64,000 nucleotides of DNA, taken from Nitrospirota bacterium (GTDB lineage Bacteria; Nitrospirota; UBA9217). The notes beneath the pieces were generated by a model. The model saw only the letters and a program-made list of their open reading frames with translations. It was not told the DNA's origin and did no database searches. How positions within the stretch are numbered: position 1 is the stretch's first letter; every line of letters starts with the position of its first letter. The translations under genes were made by a program, and so were the position numbers. This document shows positions 49,819 through 59,933 of the stretch, piece by piece. The stretch spans positions 1-64,000 of the forward strand of contig DASPSR010000048.1 in the NCBI GenBank assembly GCA_035623825.1. The letters are read 5' to 3'.

Positions 49819-51518
49819 TAGGTGCCCCCCCTCTCGATCATCTCTTCAGCGTGCCTGATGGTCGCCTCGGTCATTGACTTGCCGCCGAGCATACGTGCGA
49901 TCTCGTCGACGCGCTCTTTCGTATCGAGCAACCTGACCTCGGCGGTTGTACGGTCCTTCTTCACGAACTTGTAAACGCCGTAGTGGCTCGTCGCCATGCT
50001 CGCGATCTGCGGCAGGTGGGTAATGCAGAAAACCTGGCGCTTCACCGCCACGCGTTTCAGTTTTTTCCCAACCTCTTCCGCTATTCCGCCTCCGATGCCT
50101 GCGTCAACTTCGTCGAAGACGAGCGTTGGGATATCGTCACCCTCCACGAGAACGGCTTTGAGCGCCAGCATGATGCGCGATAGTTCGCCGCCCGAAGCGA
50201 TCTTCGCCAGGGGCTTCGGCTCCTCGCCCGGGTTCGGGGAGATGAGGAATTCCACGTGGTCTACACCCCACGTTCCGAGCTTATGGCCGTCAAGCGTGTC
50301 CTCCCCCGGCTCCTGCGTGACTCTCACGGTAAAGGTCGTTCTCTTCATGCCGAGGTGCGACAGCTCGGCCTCGATCCTCTTTTCAAGTTCCCGCGCAGCC
50401 GAAGCCCGCTTCTTCGTCAATTCCCGCGCCGCCGATGTAAGATCGGACTTGACTGCTTGGATCTCTTTTTTCAGCCGCTCGATCTCCTCAGCGCTTCGTT
50501 CCATGCGTTCGAGTTCGCCCGCGGCCTTGCTGCCGAATTCGATGATTTCCTCGATGGTGCTTCCGTATTTCCGTTTGAGTTTCTGTATCAGCTCGAGCCT
50601 GTCGCCAATCCGTTCGAGCCGCTCAGGATCGAACTCCACAGTGTCGGCATAGGCCGAAACCTCGCGGGCCGTCTCCTCAATCTGTGCCCTGCCTGCTTCG
50701 CAGAGCTCGAGCACCGGCACCAGCCGGCTGTCGATGGCCGCGATCTCGCGGAGGCTGGTCATGGCCTTCTTGAGCCCCGACAGGACCGAGTAGTCCGACG
50801 CATAAAGCGCCTCGTCTGCTGCACGGGAAAGACCGGCGATCTTCTCCGCATTTGCCAAGAGTTTCTGCTCGCCCGCTAGATCAACGTCCTCGCCCGCCCT
50901 GAGCATCGAGGCCTCGATCTCGTTCGTCTGGAACCGAAGCAAGTCCTCTCGCTGCGCACGGTCGCGCTCTCCCCCTTCGAGGTCAGCCAGCTCCTTCCGT
51001 AAACCCTGCAGCCGTCGATAATCGTCCGACAGGGCGCTGCGGAGTTCGGACATCCCGCCGAATGAATCGAGAAGCTCCATCTGGTGCTCTTGTGATAGGA
51101 GCGACTGGTGCTCGTGCTGCCCATGGATGTCAGCGAGACTCGCGCCGAGCGCCGAGAGCGTCGCCAAATTCGCCAGGCTCCCGTTGATATATACCTTGTT
51201 CTTGCCTGATGATGAGAGCACCCGGCGCACAATCAGGTCTTCACCGGAGTTCATCGCAATCCCTTGCTCGGACAGGAACGCTGCGGCTTCCGCGGTGCCT
51301 CGGCCGTTCAGCTCAAAGGCAGCTTCCACCACAGCCTCCTGGCAGCCGGTGCGGATAAGGTCAACGCTTGCACGCTCTCCTAAAGCGAGGCTGAGCGCGT
51401 CGACAACAATGGATTTGCCTGCTCCAGTCTCGCCGGTGAACACGTTCAGCCCCGGCGCAAACTCCACATGGAGATGGTCGATGATGGCGAAATTTTTTAT
51501 GTCCAGTTCTTTCAGCAT
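49818..51518 (-). CDS. recN: DNA repair protein RecN
   Basis: TGETGAGKS, IHGQH, ASGGELSR, FDEVD, ITHLPQIA. Start at MLKEL. Confidence 0.96.
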   Translation of the reverse strand: MLKELDIKNFAIIDHLHVEFAPGLNVFTGETGAGKSIVVDALSLALGERASVDLIRTGCQEAVVEAAFELNGRGTAEAAAFLSEQGIAMNSGEDLIVRRVLSSSGKNKVYINGSLANLATLSALGASLADIHGQHEHQSLLSQEHQMELLDSFGGMSELRSALSDDYRRLQGLRKELADLEGGERDRAQREDLLRFQTNEIEASMLRAGEDVDLAGEQKLLANAEKIAGLSRAADEALYASDYSVLSGLKKAMTSLREIAAIDSRLVPVLELCEAGRAQIEETAREVSAYADTVEFDPERLERIGDRLELIQKLKRKYGSTIEEIIEFGSKAAGELERMERSAEEIERLKKEIQAVKSDLTSAARELTKKRASAARELEKRIEAELSHLGMKRTTFTVRVTQEPGEDTLDGHKLGTWGVDHVEFLISPNPGEEPKPLAKIASGGELSRIMLALKAVLVEGDDIPTLVFDEVDAGIGGGIAEEVGKKLKRVAVKRQVFCITHLPQIASMATSHYGVYKFVKKDRTTAEVRLLDTKERVDEIARMLGGKSMTEATIRHAEEMIERGGT

Positions 51519-51588
51519 GGCAATCTCATGGTACGGCCGCCGGGGTCCAAAAACGTTCGATTCCCGATCACTGGGCACAGCCCCAGAT

Positions 51589-52152
51589 TTATTGCTTTTT
51601 AATCGCTTCCGCTTTCCTGAGCGCAAACAGCCCTTGGGTTGAGCGGCCGTTCCCTCCGGCCTTCCGGTAGTACTCTGCTGCGTCCTCAATCCTACCCCTG
51701 CGCTCGGAAGCCCTTCCGGCCCAGTAGTATGCCGTACCAACCCACATGCCAGAGGAGGGATAGCGTTCAGGAATCCTCAGAAATTCGGCCGCTGCTTCAG
51801 CATCATTGCCCATGAGAAAGTAGCAAAATGCGATCCAGTACTGCGTCGACGGCCGTTCGGCATCTTTCTGGCTCTCGAGTGCCGAACGGTACGCAGGGAG
51901 CGCGTTCTTATACTCGCCAAGTCGGAAGTAACTATCACCGATCCGGGTGTAAACATCGCCCAGGGGAACCTGTTCGGGATGAGAGGCAAGGACCAGCCGA
52001 TACAAAGGAATTGCGTCTCTATAACGCCCCGCGGCGAAAAGCTTGTTTGCGTCACGGTACTCCCGTACGGGGGACCGCATATCGGACGCATAAGACGGGC
52101 CATACGGCAGAAGCAGTATAATGAAGACCGAAACCCAGAGGCTTTTCCCCAA
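51589..52152 (-). CDS. Exported TPR-repeat protein (CpoB/BamD-like)
   Basis: Signal peptide followed by several TPR helix pairs. Confidence 0.75.
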   Translation of the reverse strand: MGKSLWVSVFIILLLPYGPSYASDMRSPVREYRDANKLFAAGRYRDAIPLYRLVLASHPEQVPLGDVYTRIGDSYFRLGEYKNALPAYRSALESQKDAERPSTQYWIAFCYFLMGNDAEAAAEFLRIPERYPSSGMWVGTAYYWAGRASERRGRIEDAAEYYRKAGGNGRSTQGLFALRKAEAIKKQ

Positions 52153-52314
52153 ATCACGCTCCTGTGGACAGGAAGTGTAGCAAATTTACCACAAACCGCG
52201 GGAATGATTCAAGGATTATCTTTGAGGGGTAATTGGGATTTCACCCGATCAACAACGTATTCAATGTACACGAGCTGTTCGACGCTGCCCAAGGGGGCAA
52301 GCCATTCATCCATG

Positions 52315-52344
52315 GAAAGAAAGAACCCTCACAAGCGGTTCTTT
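52315..52344 (-). terminator. Possible terminator hairpin downstream of sppA
   Basis: Minus strand: AAAGAACC-9 nt-GGTTCTTT followed by CTTT. Confidence 0.35.
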
Positions 52345-52424
52345 GTTCCGCCCGGACCCTGTCCTTCCTTCTACTGCCGCCTCCTTACAATCCCGTGTAC
52401 GACGTTCTTGCCCCCCCGGCAGTT

Positions 52425-53366
52425 CTACGGCCACCATAGATAGGAGAACCGAATCCCTGGTCCGCCTAGGTCGCTCAAGTTGATGTTGATCAAATTCATT
52501 GAATAGATATTGGACCGGTATTCGCCCGGCCTCAGATAGGTAACTATTTTGGCACGCTCAAGGTTCGCCAGCGTCCTCGCCTGCGTAAAGGCATCTTCGA
52601 GGTAGCCGATATCGTCAATGAGACCTTCGTCCCTTGCCTCCTTGCTCGTGTAAATACGGCCATCGGCAAGATGGCGCACACGCTCGGGATCCATCTTCCG
52701 CTCAGCGGCCACCACACTTACGAACTTTCCGTAGAGATCGTCGATCATTGATTGGAATATCTTCTTCTCTTCGGCGGAAATGGGGCGGAACGGTGAACCC
52801 ATGCCCTTGTGCTCACCGGAGGATATTTCGAGCGTTTGCACCCCGATCTTCTGCATTAGACCGGTGGCGTCTATGCGGAGCATGATAACCCCGATGCTCC
52901 CGGTTATGCTCGTGGGTTGCGCTGTTATCCTATCCGCTGCGAGCGCCGCGTAGTAGGCGCCGGACGTGCCCGTGTCGAGGAAGTGGGCGACGACCTTCGC
53001 CCCGGTTTCATTCTTAAACTTTTTAATCTCGTGGTAGAGCGTGTCCGAGGCTGTCACCCAGCCGCCGGGACTGTTGATCCTAAGCACGACGGCCTTGACG
53101 TTTGGGTCCCTGCGTGCGCGATCGAGCGCCTCCCTCACCTCGGCGAGCATGCCTGGCTCCTTACTGCCTCCGAAGGCCGACCTGCTTGTCTCGCTTGTGA
53201 TTACGCCTGTGATATCCATAAGCACGATTTTATCTTTACCCTCGCCCGAAAGCACTTTTTCCTCTAGTGGTTGAACCTCCGGCATCAGCGAGACTTTGAG
53301 GAAGGTACAGCCTGAGAGGGCGGGAAGCAGACTGGATAAGAGCACAGCAATGATAGTTTTTTTCAT
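52425..53366 (-). CDS. sppA: Signal peptide peptidase SppA (lipoprotein)
   Basis: Lipobox LSGC, RINSPGG, SGAYY, TGSIGV. Confidence 0.92.
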   Translation of the reverse strand: MKKTIIAVLLSSLLPALSGCTFLKVSLMPEVQPLEEKVLSGEGKDKIVLMDITGVITSETSRSAFGGSKEPGMLAEVREALDRARRDPNVKAVVLRINSPGGWVTASDTLYHEIKKFKNETGAKVVAHFLDTGTSGAYYAALAADRITAQPTSITGSIGVIMLRIDATGLMQKIGVQTLEISSGEHKGMGSPFRPISAEEKKIFQSMIDDLYGKFVSVVAAERKMDPERVRHLADGRIYTSKEARDEGLIDDIGYLEDAFTQARTLANLERAKIVTYLRPGEYRSNIYSMNLININLSDLGGPGIRFSYLWWP

Positions 53367-53456
53367 GACGACGCTCCTTCAAAGAATATAAAAGACTATA
53401 TTTGATACATTATGGCCGTACGCGACGCACACGAAAAAGTCCACATTCAACTCTCC

Positions 53457-54143
53457 TCAAGGGTTCATTCGCACTTCAGCCTTGCTGCGGAGTTCGGCGA
53501 GGTACTCATCCTCCTGCCGGCCGAGCTTTTCGTCGTACAGCAGGGCCATGACCTGCCTCTGGACGTCCAGGAACCGCTTTCCCGGGAACTCCGAGGGATG
53601 GGAATCATAATAGCTCTGTGCTTCGTCGCGGCTTACTCGAACGAAGAGCCCGATCTTTTTCTCAACGAAACGCTCCACCAAGAGCCGCTCTGTGAGCATG
53701 TGGTCCAACTGTTCCTTCGTGATGCCGAGACCGGCGAGAAAATCCGAGAACTCTTTATCAGATCCGAACCGTTTCCGGAGCTTTTCGATCTCTGCGCTTA
53801 CATCCTGTGCTGACACTTCCACAAACCGGAGTCTACGTGCCTCCTGGATGAACAGACTCCTGTTAATTAACCCCTCAAGGGTCTCGGTCCGGAGCCGGAC
53901 CATGTCAGGGCTGCCGCCGGAGAGCGCGGCATTGAAACGGACAGCCTGCTCAAGATCGCTCCAGGTGATCACATCATAATTTACGGCAGCGACGATGCGG
54001 TCGATGAGCTCACCCCGTACAACGCATGGGAACACGAGCAGGAGAGCGGCCACCGAAGTTATCAATACACTGCGCACCCATGCTGTGCGGGTAAGCGTGA
54101 GCCGAGGATTGATATTTTTCATGATGAGATCCGCAATATGCAT
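53457..54143 (-). CDS. SurA N-terminal-domain chaperone without a PPIase domain
   Basis: IDRIVAAVNYDVIT N-terminus and YLAELRSKAEV C-terminus. Confidence 0.75.
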   Translation of the reverse strand: MHIADLIMKNINPRLTLTRTAWVRSVLITSVAALLLVFPCVVRGELIDRIVAAVNYDVITWSDLEQAVRFNAALSGGSPDMVRLRTETLEGLINRSLFIQEARRLRFVEVSAQDVSAEIEKLRKRFGSDKEFSDFLAGLGITKEQLDHMLTERLLVERFVEKKIGLFVRVSRDEAQSYYDSHPSEFPGKRFLDVQRQVMALLYDEKLGRQEDEYLAELRSKAEVRMNP

Positions 54144-54151
54144 CTCTCCCT

Positions 54152-56083
54152 CTACCCCTCTTTCAGGTCCGTCATCTTGACGCCTTTGAGATAATCCACG
54201 ACCTTGTCCCGTTTGATGTCCTCGAGCCGCTTCACGATCTCCGAGATCCGGAGCGCGTTGCTCAGGATCATTTCGAGACGTGCCTTGAGATCTTCATCCG
54301 CATTCTCATAGCGCTCGATTAGCAGTTCCGCGTTGCCGATAATCGTAGTGAGCGGATTGTTGACCTCGTGCCGGACCGCGATCCCCACCTGTCCTATGGC
54401 GCCGAGGCGTTCGGCCTTGACAAGCAATTCGCGTAGGTTTTTCTGTTCCGTCACGTCTCTCGCCGATACCTGGTATCCCGCAGCTTGCCAACCCTTGAAC
54501 AGCTTCCTCGCGCTCACCTCGATGAACGCGCGGCTGCCATCCTTTTTCATGACCTCAAACTCGATCATCCGGCTTGCGCTCACTCCCTCTCCGGCGAGCG
54601 CCCGCTTGGCGGTCTCGGCGCCTTCGGGTGTTAGGAAGTCGAGCACGCTCTTGCCGACGAGTTCAACCTTTGAAAAACCGGAAAAGTTCTCGGTTGCCTT
54701 GTTCACCGCCGTGAGCCTTCCTTCCGCGTCGATGGTGAAGAGAATGTCCCGGGAGTTCTCGAACAGGTCCCAGTACTTTTCGCTCGATTCCTTCACTTCT
54801 GCATAAAACCGGAAGTTCTCGACGGCCATGCCGAGCTGCACTCCGATGGCATCGAGCATCTGGACATCCGCAGGTCTCAGCGCGAACGGCTTCTGCGGAT
54901 ACAGAAAAATGACTCCCAGCACGATGCCCCGCGATTTGATGGGGATAATGATGTGCGAATGCCCTTTATCACCTGCGAGACGAGAGTGGTGCGGGTCTTC
55001 GCAGCCCTGCTCCGTGTACAGCATCTCTCCAGTCTGCGCCACTCTGCCGCAGAGGCAATCTCCTATCTTGATCGTTTCCTCGCGCTGCACGAACTCCGGG
55101 GCAAGCCCATTCTGGGCCGTGAGGCGCATGATGTCAGAACCCGGCTCGCACAGGAAGATCCCTCCTTTCGGCTCAATATTAGACATGCTTTCCAGAATCT
55201 TCAGCAATGATTTATTGAGCACATCCCTGAGCGTTCCCGATTGGCTAAGGGTGAGGGCAACCGAATCGAGCGCCGCAAGCTCGCGCGTTCGGTCAAGCAA
55301 TTTCCGTTCAAGGTCAGCGTGTGACGCTTTAAGCTTCTGGGCCATTTCATTGAAGCGTTCTCCCAGCATGGCTATATCGTACTCGCCACGCAATTGGATC
55401 CGATAATCGAGATTGCCCCGGCTAATCTCCTCGGTTCCCGCCCACAGGTCGCTCAGAGGGGTGGACACCTGCCGGTGGATATATGCTCCGAACGCAAGGA
55501 GAAACCCCACGGACGTACACAGGATCAAAATGAACAGGATGTTGGTCCTGACCTCATTATCCCGTATACCCTTCATGATCATGCCCATCTCGGCAGCATG
55601 CTCATTCTGGTACTTTACAATGTCTTTCTCCAACCGCATGGACAGCCTGTCGAGCTTGGCCAAGAGAGTCTGCGCTAATGCGCGATCCTTCGTTGCCGGA
55701 GCCCGAAGGGAGAGGATGCGTTCGGCTTCGCTCTTCATATCCTGAAGATCTGCGGTCAGGGAAGCAATGATCGCTACTTCTTTATGGTTGAGATTTATAT
55801 CGGCTATGTCGCTCCTGGTCTCGCGTGCATGAGCAACCGCAGCTGCATAGGCCGCCCGGTAAGCCTCCTTGCCGGTCTCGACGAAGTTGTGCAGGGCAAG
55901 GGACATGTCGGAGATCTCCTTTTCAAAGTCCCATATCTTTTCGTACTCGAGGGAGCTCAGCGCGAGTCCCTTCGTCGTGCGGGAAAAAGCTCCGCTGATG
56001 ACCTGGAGCGACAGGATCGTGATTGACAGTATCAGCAGCATTCCCAGCCCAACCAGTACAATAAGCCTTCTGTGTATTTTCAT
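54152..56083 (-). CDS. Membrane sensor (TM-HAMP-GAF-PAS-HisKA) lacking the HATPase domain
   Basis: HAMP (FNEMAQKL), GAF (CLCGRVA), PAS, H-box RHEVNNPL; the protein ends about 70 aa later with no N/G boxes. Confidence 0.85.
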   Translation of the reverse strand: MKIHRRLIVLVGLGMLLILSITILSLQVISGAFSRTTKGLALSSLEYEKIWDFEKEISDMSLALHNFVETGKEAYRAAYAAAVAHARETRSDIADINLNHKEVAIIASLTADLQDMKSEAERILSLRAPATKDRALAQTLLAKLDRLSMRLEKDIVKYQNEHAAEMGMIMKGIRDNEVRTNILFILILCTSVGFLLAFGAYIHRQVSTPLSDLWAGTEEISRGNLDYRIQLRGEYDIAMLGERFNEMAQKLKASHADLERKLLDRTRELAALDSVALTLSQSGTLRDVLNKSLLKILESMSNIEPKGGIFLCEPGSDIMRLTAQNGLAPEFVQREETIKIGDCLCGRVAQTGEMLYTEQGCEDPHHSRLAGDKGHSHIIIPIKSRGIVLGVIFLYPQKPFALRPADVQMLDAIGVQLGMAVENFRFYAEVKESSEKYWDLFENSRDILFTIDAEGRLTAVNKATENFSGFSKVELVGKSVLDFLTPEGAETAKRALAGEGVSASRMIEFEVMKKDGSRAFIEVSARKLFKGWQAAGYQVSARDVTEQKNLRELLVKAERLGAIGQVGIAVRHEVNNPLTTIIGNAELLIERYENADEDLKARLEMILSNALRISEIVKRLEDIKRDKVVDYLKGVKMTDLKEG

Positions 56084-56232
56084 GGGCAACTTCTTTCTTC
56101 GCCTACCCGGGTTACAGCGACTGCAAAACCGTATAATTGACGCGCATTCCGGGAAGACTGCAGCGGCGTTCATTAAATGATACCACCGACTGGCCGTTCC
56201 GTCCAGAGACTCGGGCGAAATCACTCATATTT

Positions 56233-58974
56233 TCAAAATGTATGTCCGATATTGAAATGGAGCTCCCCCGGGCTCTCCCCTTGCCTGCGATCTATCTTCT
56301 GTCCATAGTCGACACGAAGCGGGCCGACTGGAGTCCCGTAGCGGATTCCCGCGCCGTAGGAGGCGCGGAGGTCAAGTTGAAATTCTGAGTCAATCCAGAC
56401 ATTGCCGGCGTCGGAGAACAGGACCAGACCGAACCCCTTGGTCACGTTCCAACGGTACTCCACATTGAACAGCAGCATGCCGTCGCCGCCGGTCGGGGTC
56501 CCATCGGGAGCAGTCGGCCCGACCGAATCCTGCGTATAACCCCGTATCGTCGTGCTGCCTCCGAGATAGAACCGTTCATGGATCGGCACCTCGCTCGTGT
56601 CGCGATATGGCCAAGCAATCCCTGCACGCGCTGATAATGCCAATACGGAGTCTGCTCCCACAGGGAAATACCAGCTGCTCTGAAGTGAAATCTTGGTGAA
56701 AGCGGCCTCCGAACCTAATGGCTTTAAAGCTTCCTTAATGACAATACCGTGCACCGCGCCGGTACGAGGATTGAAGATGTCGTCCCGCAGGTCCCAGACC
56801 AGCGATGGGCTGAGGCTGCTGACGCGCACGTAGCCCGTGTCCTCGGGCGAAAGGACGGCCCCCGGTTGGACGTTGTAGTTATCCACATCTTCGTATGCAT
56901 AGGTGAGCGATGCCTTGAGACGGCCCAGGTTCTTTTCCACGCCGTAGGACGCCGATTTTCTCCGGGTCTGGTAGTAGACCACCCGCGATTCCGAGGTGAT
57001 ATGTTCTTCATCAGAATAGACCAGTGCAAATTTCCCCTGCAGGTCATACCCGAAGGCCCAGGGCTGTATATAATTCAAGATCACCCGTGATAGTATCGAG
57101 CTCTTCTCCAGCCTGATGCCCGCGTAGTGTCCGATGTTCCAGAGGTTCCGGTACGATACTTCTATTGAGCCCCTTAAGTGGTCCAGGTCACCGTATCCCA
57201 GGCCGAGCTCCACGGAACCGGCAGGCCGCTCCTCAACAGCAAAGACCAGGTCCTTGACATACTCTTTTTCTTCCTCCGGATGGAGCGGTTCGAACCGCGC
57301 CAGGCTGAAATAGCCGTACTTGTAGATCCGCTGCTGGCTTTTAAGCATGGCCCCGTAGTCATAGGGGCCTCCCGGTTTAACGAGAAGTTCGCGCATGATC
57401 ACATAGTCCTTGGTATTCTCGTTCCCCCGGAGGATGATCCTGCCGATCCTCACCTGATAGTCTTCGGATATTCTATACTTGATATCAACAGTGAGGTCTC
57501 CCTGTATTTTCTCCACTTCCACCTTGGCGTAGAGATAGCCCTTGTTCGAATAGGCGGAGAGGATACGGTAGCGGTCCTCATCCACGAGCCGTTCGTTGTA
57601 TGGCGCACCGGGCTTGAGACTCACCGTGCCGAGAAGGGCAGCCGCGGTTAATACTTTATTCCCCTCGAAGGTGACGGTCCCAACCTTCGTCTGCGGCCCT
57701 TCGTCGATATCGATCACGACCGTGACCTCCCTGCCGTCAGCGCTCAGCGACACTTTTTTCGTGACGTTCGTAGACAGGTACCCGGAGTCGAGATACTGCT
57801 CATGGATATATTCCACGTCCTTGTTCAGGAGGTCTTCACGATAAGGGCCCGATGTGAACCAGCCGGATTCGCGGAGGGACATCTCCCCTTTGATCCGTTT
57901 CGTGGGGAAATAGGTGTTGCCGCGGATCTCGATCTTCTTGACCGTCTCCCGCAGACCCTCCTGGATTGAGAACTCGAGATCGAGCAAACCGGGGGACTCG
58001 GTTTTTTTCACATCCACCGCGACGTTCACGTATCCGTCCTCTAGATAAAGGTTCTTAATCCTGTCCACGCTGCTCTCGATGATGGCTTCGGATACGTCGT
58101 GCTCGGACCAGATGAGGAGGGCGTCTCCAAGTTTTCTTGAGCTGAACGCATGGTTTCCTGTGAAATTCACCTTCACGTTCGGGCCTTCAATCACCTCGAT
58201 GGTGACGTATGCATTCCTTTCCCGGTAGCTCACGTTCACCGGGCCGACCTTGGCTGCCGGGTAGCCAGCTTTGGCATATTTTTGACGGATGGCCTCGACA
58301 TCTCTGTCCAGGAGCAGGTCGGTTTTGAGGCGGTCTCCCGCTTTGCTCTTCATGGCTTTCAGCAGGTCTTTCTCCTTGAAGACCGTGTTCCCGACGAAAC
58401 CGATCTCCTTGATGATGGTCGGTGTTCCCTCCCGGATATCGATATGGAGAGCCACGCGATGGGGATCTTTAAGCGGCCTGACCTGAAAATTGACGGAGGA
58501 GCCGTAAAAGCCCTCGGACTGATAAAGCCCAATGATATTGGTTTTGTAATCAGCCAGTTTGCCTTCGCGCAGTTCCTTGCCTTGGATCCCGGTAAGGACG
58601 TCCATGATCCTGCTCTTGGACAGAGCATCATTACCGTCGATCACGATATTATCTACCACGGTGATTGGATACAGGGTGTACTCCAGCCTCACGCCATCTC
58701 CATCGGGAAACCCGTCGACGCGGATGTCCCTGAACAGGCCCTTAAGGTATATGTAACCGATGCCTTCCCTGATGGCTTCGGAGGAGAAAAGGTCGCCTGG
58801 TTTTACGTTGGTCAACGGAAGAACATGCTCGGGGTGAGGCCATGGGTTGCCGCGGTCGTCCTTGATCACGATGGCGGTGACAGGGCGGCCGGCAAAATCG
58901 GAAGGGGCGGAAAATGCAGTCGATGTCAATATCTGCAGACAAAGCAGCGCCACCATTGATTTTAAGAGTTGCAT
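56233..58974 (-). CDS. Omp85-family outer-membrane protein (BamA/TamA-like) with an extended POTRA array
   Basis: Repeated POTRA GN motifs, IRGY motif, TPVGPLRVDYG, terminal Phe. Confidence 0.9.
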   Translation of the reverse strand: MQLLKSMVALLCLQILTSTAFSAPSDFAGRPVTAIVIKDDRGNPWPHPEHVLPLTNVKPGDLFSSEAIREGIGYIYLKGLFRDIRVDGFPDGDGVRLEYTLYPITVVDNIVIDGNDALSKSRIMDVLTGIQGKELREGKLADYKTNIIGLYQSEGFYGSSVNFQVRPLKDPHRVALHIDIREGTPTIIKEIGFVGNTVFKEKDLLKAMKSKAGDRLKTDLLLDRDVEAIRQKYAKAGYPAAKVGPVNVSYRERNAYVTIEVIEGPNVKVNFTGNHAFSSRKLGDALLIWSEHDVSEAIIESSVDRIKNLYLEDGYVNVAVDVKKTESPGLLDLEFSIQEGLRETVKKIEIRGNTYFPTKRIKGEMSLRESGWFTSGPYREDLLNKDVEYIHEQYLDSGYLSTNVTKKVSLSADGREVTVVIDIDEGPQTKVGTVTFEGNKVLTAAALLGTVSLKPGAPYNERLVDEDRYRILSAYSNKGYLYAKVEVEKIQGDLTVDIKYRISEDYQVRIGRIILRGNENTKDYVIMRELLVKPGGPYDYGAMLKSQQRIYKYGYFSLARFEPLHPEEEKEYVKDLVFAVEERPAGSVELGLGYGDLDHLRGSIEVSYRNLWNIGHYAGIRLEKSSILSRVILNYIQPWAFGYDLQGKFALVYSDEEHITSESRVVYYQTRRKSASYGVEKNLGRLKASLTYAYEDVDNYNVQPGAVLSPEDTGYVRVSSLSPSLVWDLRDDIFNPRTGAVHGIVIKEALKPLGSEAAFTKISLQSSWYFPVGADSVLALSARAGIAWPYRDTSEVPIHERFYLGGSTTIRGYTQDSVGPTAPDGTPTGGDGMLLFNVEYRWNVTKGFGLVLFSDAGNVWIDSEFQLDLRASYGAGIRYGTPVGPLRVDYGQKIDRRQGESPGELHFNIGHTF

Positions 58975-59048
58975 GTCGATTTTTTATCACATCATAAGGA
59001 GAATGTAAAGGAAAGATAGGCTGCCCATGTGGTTTGCCGCCTGCCTTG

Positions 59049-59057
59049 TGCTATACT
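59049..59057 (+). promoter_or_regulatory. Extended -10 box, leaderless, of the aldo/keto reductase gene
   Basis: TG-c-TATACT-6 nt-ATG(59064). Confidence 0.55.
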
Positions 59058-59063
59058 TTTTCC

Positions 59064-59897
59064 ATGGCTATCCCAAAAAGGACACTCGGCAAAACCGGCA
59101 CTGACGTCTCGATCCTCGGCCTCGGCGGCGAAGGTGTCCTGAGGACCTACGGCCATGAGAAGGAGGCATATGAACTCATCAACCGCGCGCTGGATCTCGG
59201 AATCGATTACTTCGAATCAGCACGGGCGTACTCTGGGAGCGAATCGTATTACGGGAAGGCGTTGAAGGAGCGGCGAAAGGGAATATTTCTGACAAGCAAA
59301 TCGCACGCGCGGGACAGAAGAGGTGCGCTCGATCAACTGGCGAAAACCCTAAGGAACATGGGGACCGATCACCTGGACCTCTGGCAGGCGCACGACGTGA
59401 GGACAAAGGAGGATGTCGAGGAGATCTTCGGCACCGGCGGCGCCATCGAGGCATTTGTGCAGGCGAAGGAGAAGGGCATGACGAGATTCATCGGTGTGAC
59501 CGGCCATCATGACCCCTTGATCATCAGACAGTGCATTGATCTTTTTGACTTTGACACCGTGCTCCTTCCCGTCAATCCGGGGGAGCCGAAACACAAGAGC
59601 TTTCTTGAGCACGTGGTCCCTCTCGCCCGGCAGAAGGGCATGGGGATCGTCGGGATGAAGGTCTATTTCCGCGGCCTTGCGGAGCAGCTGCCCTGGTATA
59701 CGGGCATGGAGCCCTTCCTGCGCTTCGCTCTCTCCCAGCCCATTTCAAACATCGTTATCGGCTGCGATGACACCGTGCAGCTAGAAGAGAACGTGAAGTT
59801 CGCCGGTGCGTTCAAAACGATGACGGACGAGGAGCAGGGCAAGCTTATCCGCGACATCGCCCCCTTTGCAAGGCAGCTCATGTATTACAAGCCGTGA
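59064..59897 (+). CDS. Aldo/keto reductase
   Basis: RTLGKTG, YFESARAY, TDHLDLWQAH, RFIGVTGH, GMK. Confidence 0.9.
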   Translation: MAIPKRTLGKTGTDVSILGLGGEGVLRTYGHEKEAYELINRALDLGIDYFESARAYSGSESYYGKALKERRKGIFLTSKSHARDRRGALDQLAKTLRNMGTDHLDLWQAHDVRTKEDVEEIFGTGGAIEAFVQAKEKGMTRFIGVTGHHDPLIIRQCIDLFDFDTVLLPVNPGEPKHKSFLEHVVPLARQKGMGIVGMKVYFRGLAEQLPWYTGMEPFLRFALSQPISNIVIGCDDTVQLEENVKFAGAFKTMTDEEQGKLIRDIAPFARQLMYYKP

Positions 59898-59933
59898 TAT
59901 CCCAAGGCGACCGAGGGAAACGAGAACTTGTAT

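Noticed and set aside
51519-51740. N-terminal extension of RecN
   Set aside because: It overlaps the TPR gene, and RecN homology begins at MLKEL (51518).
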